Positions 58,676-61,468 of a DNA stretch of 61,468 bases are shown here, piece after piece; position 1 is the first letter of the stretch; every line of letters starts with the position of its first letter. The position numbers and the translations under genes were made by a program. Origin of the DNA: a virus (taxonomy: Duplodnaviria > Caudoviricetes); the IMG/VR virus record IMGVR_UViG_3300027708_000078, positions 1-61,468 of that record, one strand, 5' to 3'. A model generated the notes under the pieces. That model searched no databases. It was not told the DNA's origin and was given only the letters and a program-made list of their open reading frames with translations.

Positions 58676-59020
58676 ATGGAAAACAAGACACCAATAGAAA
58701 AATCACAAGAATTAGTTAGTAAATATAGAATGTACACTGAATTTAGTTCTGTTCATGCATCTACACAATGTGCTTTAATAGCAGTAACTGAAATAATTAA
58801 AGTTTTGGAAGAAGTATGTGATGATAGAGGATATGACCCTTTTGAAGCACCATTAGGTCATTTAAAGTATTATAAAGAAGTAAAACAAGAATTATTAAAA
58901 GATGAAATATCAAAGGTAAATAAAGAAAGTGATGAATGTTATTTTGAACCAACATCCAACATAAGTAGTGCTACTATTTGCAAACATTGTGGTAGAGAAA
59001 AATATTTACATAAACTTTAA
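58676..59020 (+). CDS. hypothetical protein with a C-terminal Cys/His module
   Basis: QCALIAV.EI...YY.EVKQE; ends CYFEPTSNISSATICKHCGREKYLH. Confidence 0.7.
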   Translation: MENKTPIEKSQELVSKYRMYTEFSSVHASTQCALIAVTEIIKVLEEVCDDRGYDPFEAPLGHLKYYKEVKQELLKDEISKVNKESDECYFEPTSNISSATICKHCGREKYLHKL

Positions 59021-59032
59021 AACTTAAATAAA

Positions 59033-59245
59033 ATGGAAAACAAACTAATTGCAAAAGGTATAACAACAGACCTTAACTCTTTCATCTTTAGTATTAAAGA
59101 TGAACCTATTATAGTAATAACTGAAGAAGGGTTTAAATACAAAGGAGAATTGATTGAAGATGGTGGTGAAATCTATGAACTATTTAAAGAATTTCTTATC
59201 CAATCTAAAAAAGATAAATTATGCCAACAAAACAATACACAATAA
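59033..59245 (+). CDS. hypothetical protein
   Basis: 70 aa following the junction motif TAAAACTTAAATAAAATG. Confidence 0.65.
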   Translation: MENKLIAKGITTDLNSFIFSIKDEPIIVITEEGFKYKGELIEDGGEIYELFKEFLIQSKKDKLCQQNNTQ

Positions 59246-59373
59246 CCATCTTGAATGGTTTGTTACAAGGAAAAGAAATCATTAAATACTCTACTTATGA
59301 TGTAGATAATACAATAGAATGCCTTAAAGAAATAGGATATTCAGTATCAGTAAAAGAACAATCATTAATTTAA
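59221..59373 (+). CDS. hypothetical 50-aa protein, copy 1
   Basis: MPTKQYTITILNGLLQGKEIIKYSTYDV...; paralog at 61114. Confidence 0.65.
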   Translation: MPTKQYTITILNGLLQGKEIIKYSTYDVDNTIECLKEIGYSVSVKEQSLI

Positions 59374-59385
59374 AACTCAAATAAA

Positions 59386-59601
59386 ATGAATGCAATAAAC
59401 TTCATAAAAGAACAACTTAGCAAGAATAACGATATTAGGTGGAGAGGTACTGATATTGATGTAATATTAGAACAAGCAGAACAAATTTTAGAAAAACAAA
59501 TGATTAGTATAATTGATGAAGTATCACCAAATTGGTACAAGTGTTACACTCAAGAAGATAAAAAAGAACACTTATCAAAAATAATCTCAAAATTTAAATA
59601 A
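59386..59601 (+). CDS. hypothetical protein, copy 1
   Basis: MNAINFIKEQL...; near-identical copy at 61288. Confidence 0.7.
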   Translation: MNAINFIKEQLSKNNDIRWRGTDIDVILEQAEQILEKQMISIIDEVSPNWYKCYTQEDKKEHLSKIISKFK

Positions 59602-59602
59602 A

Positions 59603-59986
59603 ATGGAAAACATGACATCAATAGAATGGTTATGGGAACAGATAGATGGTATTATACCATATCAAGATATTAAAACATCACAACTTTTTAATGGTGTGCT
59701 TGAACAAGCAAAAGAAATACACAAGCAAGAGATAATAGATGCTTATGAGCAAGGTAGTGATGATGAAATTGTTGCCTATGATGGCACAAGAAAATATAAA
59801 CATGGTTTATACTACTATCAAGAAACATTTGTAAGTAAGGGAAAATTAAAAGAATTATACCCTGATGCTTTTAGTATATTGGGTGAAGTACTTTATAAAA
59901 AATGTCAGTTTGAACCAACAACCAACACAAGTAGTGCAACCATTTGTAAACATTGTGGTAGAGATAAATTTTTACATACAACCTAA
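59603..59986 (+). CDS. hypothetical mosaic protein
   Basis: MTSIEWL, AKEIHKQEIIDAY and YYQETFVSKG shared with 60593; CQFEPT..SSATICKHCGR shared with 58676. Confidence 0.7.
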   Translation: MENMTSIEWLWEQIDGIIPYQDIKTSQLFNGVLEQAKEIHKQEIIDAYEQGSDDEIVAYDGTRKYKHGLYYYQETFVSKGKLKELYPDAFSILGEVLYKKCQFEPTTNTSSATICKHCGRDKFLHTT

Positions 59987-59998
59987 AAACAATTAATT

Positions 59999-60253
59999 AT
60001 GGAACAAAATCAAACAAAAATAGTAGATGAGCAAAACTATGAAAATTATGACCCATCAGCAGAACTTACTGACTATTCCTACATTGAAAAAAATAAAAAA
60101 TTAATTTGGTTATTATCCAAGTATGAAATTGCTTCTGATAGATATATGGATGCAGAAAAATTTATACTTGAAATTGCTGAAATGAAATGGTATCAAAGAA
60201 TATTTATTTTTAATAAAATAATGAACTTTTTAAATAGTAGAAAAGAAATCTAA
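59999..60253 (+). CDS. hypothetical protein
   Basis: 84-aa ORF in the array. Confidence 0.6.
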   Translation: MEQNQTKIVDEQNYENYDPSAELTDYSYIEKNKKLIWLLSKYEIASDRYMDAEKFILEIAEMKWYQRIFIFNKIMNFLNSRKEI

Positions 60254-60277
60254 ACAATCACTAAAAAGTTAAATAAA

Positions 60278-60508
60278 ATGAAACAACCAACACCAATAGA
60301 ATGGTTACAAGAACTATATAAAGTAACGGGAGCATTAAAAGAATCAGATTTTGATTATGCAAATAATTGGACTAAAGAACACACCTATACAGAAAAGCAA
60401 GTGTTAGAAATTATTAAACTGTCAAGACAAACAAAAGAAGTAGAGAATATTAGATTTCCTATACCTAAATACACTGAACAAGAAATTATTGATACAATTA
60501 ACAAGTAA
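60278..60508 (+). CDS. hypothetical protein
   Basis: TPIEWL and YTEKQV modules shared with neighbouring ORFs. Confidence 0.65.
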   Translation: MKQPTPIEWLQELYKVTGALKESDFDYANNWTKEHTYTEKQVLEIIKLSRQTKEVENIRFPIPKYTEQEIIDTINK

Positions 60509-60592
60509 AACTTAAATAGTATTCCCACAAGTCCCTGAAGTAATTCAAACTTGTGGGTTAATACTAAACAATAAACCTAAAAAAGATTAATT

Positions 60593-60946
60593 ATGACATC
60601 AATAGAATGGTTAATAGACCAACTGATACCTGAAAATCAACACGAGGGAATAATGGATATTATAGAAGATGCTAAGGAAAGGCACAAGCAAGAGATACTA
60701 GATGCTTATAACAAATCTTTTGAATTAAGAGATAAGCCATATTCAACAGCAGATAAATACTATCAAGAAACATTTGTAAGCAAGGGAATTGATGACCATA
60801 TTTCTGACATCAGCAAAATGGTAGAAGTTCCCCAACAAGAAACTCTATATACAGAGGAACAAGTTAGTAGAGCAATAGCATTATACTTAGAAGGTCATTC
60901 ATTTAGTGAAATTATTCAATTACTTAAACAACCTAAAAAAGATTAA
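60593..60946 (+). CDS. hypothetical mosaic protein
   Basis: MTSIEWL, AKERHKQEILDAY, YYQETFVSKG, YTEEQV, LKQPKKD. Confidence 0.7.
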   Translation: MTSIEWLIDQLIPENQHEGIMDIIEDAKERHKQEILDAYNKSFELRDKPYSTADKYYQETFVSKGIDDHISDISKMVEVPQQETLYTEEQVSRAIALYLEGHSFSEIIQLLKQPKKD

Positions 60947-60948
60947 TT

Positions 60949-61101
60949 ATGACAGACAGAGAATTATCACTATTTCTAAGATGGCTACTTAAACATTACT
61001 CCACCACTACTATTGATGGTATGTTTGGATATGTAGATTCTATGGGTAGAGAAGTAGATATAGAAACAATTATTAACCATTACAAATCAGAAACAATTTA
61101 A
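60949..61101 (+). CDS. hypothetical 50-aa protein (not in ORF track)
   Basis: MTDRELSLFLRWLLKHYSTTTIDGMFGYVDSMGREVDIETIINHYKSETI, between two junction motifs. Confidence 0.55.
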   Translation: MTDRELSLFLRWLLKHYSTTTIDGMFGYVDSMGREVDIETIINHYKSETI

Positions 61102-61113
61102 AACTTAAATAAA

Positions 61114-61266
61114 ATGCCAACAAAACAATACACAATAACCATCTTGAATGGTTCATTACAAGGAAAGCAATACATTAAATATTCTACTTATGAAGTAGAA
61201 GGTATGTTAGAATACCTTGAACAAATGGGATATTCAGCATCAATAAAAGAAGAATCAATCACTTAA
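61114..61266 (+). CDS. hypothetical 50-aa protein, copy 2
   Basis: MPTKQYTITILNGSLQGKQYIKYSTYEV...; paralog of 59221. Confidence 0.65.
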   Translation: MPTKQYTITILNGSLQGKQYIKYSTYEVEGMLEYLEQMGYSASIKEESIT

Positions 61267-61287
61267 ACAACATAAAAAATAAATAAA

Positions 61288-61468
61288 ATGAATGCAATAA
61301 ACTTCATAAAAGAACAACTTAGCAAGAATAACGATATTAGGTGGAGAGGTACTGATATTGATGTAATATTAGAACAAGCAGAACAAATTTTAGAAAAACA
61401 AATGATTAGTATAATTGATGAAGTATCACCAAATTGGTATAAATGTTATACTGAACAAGATAAAAAAG
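61288..61468 (+). CDS. hypothetical protein, copy 2 (3'-truncated by the window)
   Basis: First ~150 nt identical to the 59386 gene. Confidence 0.7.
   Translation, partial: MNAINFIKEQLSKNNDIRWRGTDIDVILEQAEQILEKQMISIIDEVSPNWYKCYTEQDKK

Larger units (their letters stand above)
59221..61468 (+). repeat. direct duplication of a two-gene block (59221-59566 vs 61114-61468)
   Basis: Same gene pair in the same order; the first gene has diverged while the second is nearly identical. Confidence 0.85.

Noticed and set aside
59221-61468. DGR template/variable repeat pair
   Set aside because: Mismatches include C/T and C/G changes and are not adenine-specific; both copies are coding
58600-61468. CRISPR array
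   Set aside because: The repeats are short, degenerate AT-rich junctions separated by 150-400 nt ORFs, and there are no cas genes
1-61468. Stop-codon reassignment as seen in some large phages
   Set aside because: Long genes are intact in code 11, and TAG (tube gene) and TGA (several genes) act as real stops
1-61468. tRNA or rRNA genes
   Set aside because: No cloverleaf or T-loop signature seen in the short intergenic regions; a tRNAscan-SE run would confirm

Overview
This is a 61.5-kb, AT-rich, gene-dense fragment of a large lytic myovirus with T4-like (distant) structural and replication genes, read in standard code 11. Starts lack Shine-Dalgarno motifs and one TAnnTTTG promoter is present, which suggests a Bacteroidota host (inference). 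From left to right: (1) tail-fibre/adhesin genes, including three tandem glycine-rich paralogs and a Pro/Thr-rich BspA/DUF285 protein; (2) an ~8-kb, nine-gene glycosylation cluster (GT60-like, GT25, O-methyltransferase, GT2, GT-A, GT10, GT7C, two HtrL-like) flanked on both sides by mucin-like Pro/Thr-repeat genes; (3) more fibre genes with pirin, an LCIB/theta-carbonic-anhydrase-like protein and a 2OG-Fe(II) oxygenase embedded among them; (4) family B DNA polymerase; (5) neck, SNF2 helicase, sheath, tube, tail chaperone with a probable programmed frameshift, tape measure and baseplate genes; (6) SSB, a GT2/LpxH-like pair, a RecA/UvsX-like recombinase and homing endonucleases, two of them in RHH+HNH cassettes; (7) an array of small mosaic ORFs joined by shared junction sequences. 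The most interesting candidates are a phage-encoded protein O-glycosylation system for its own Pro/Thr-rich virion proteins, the theta-CA fusion, the UUU_CGC frameshift, the RHH-HNH cassettes and the shuffled small-gene array. All family calls come from motif recognition by eye; no database searches were run.
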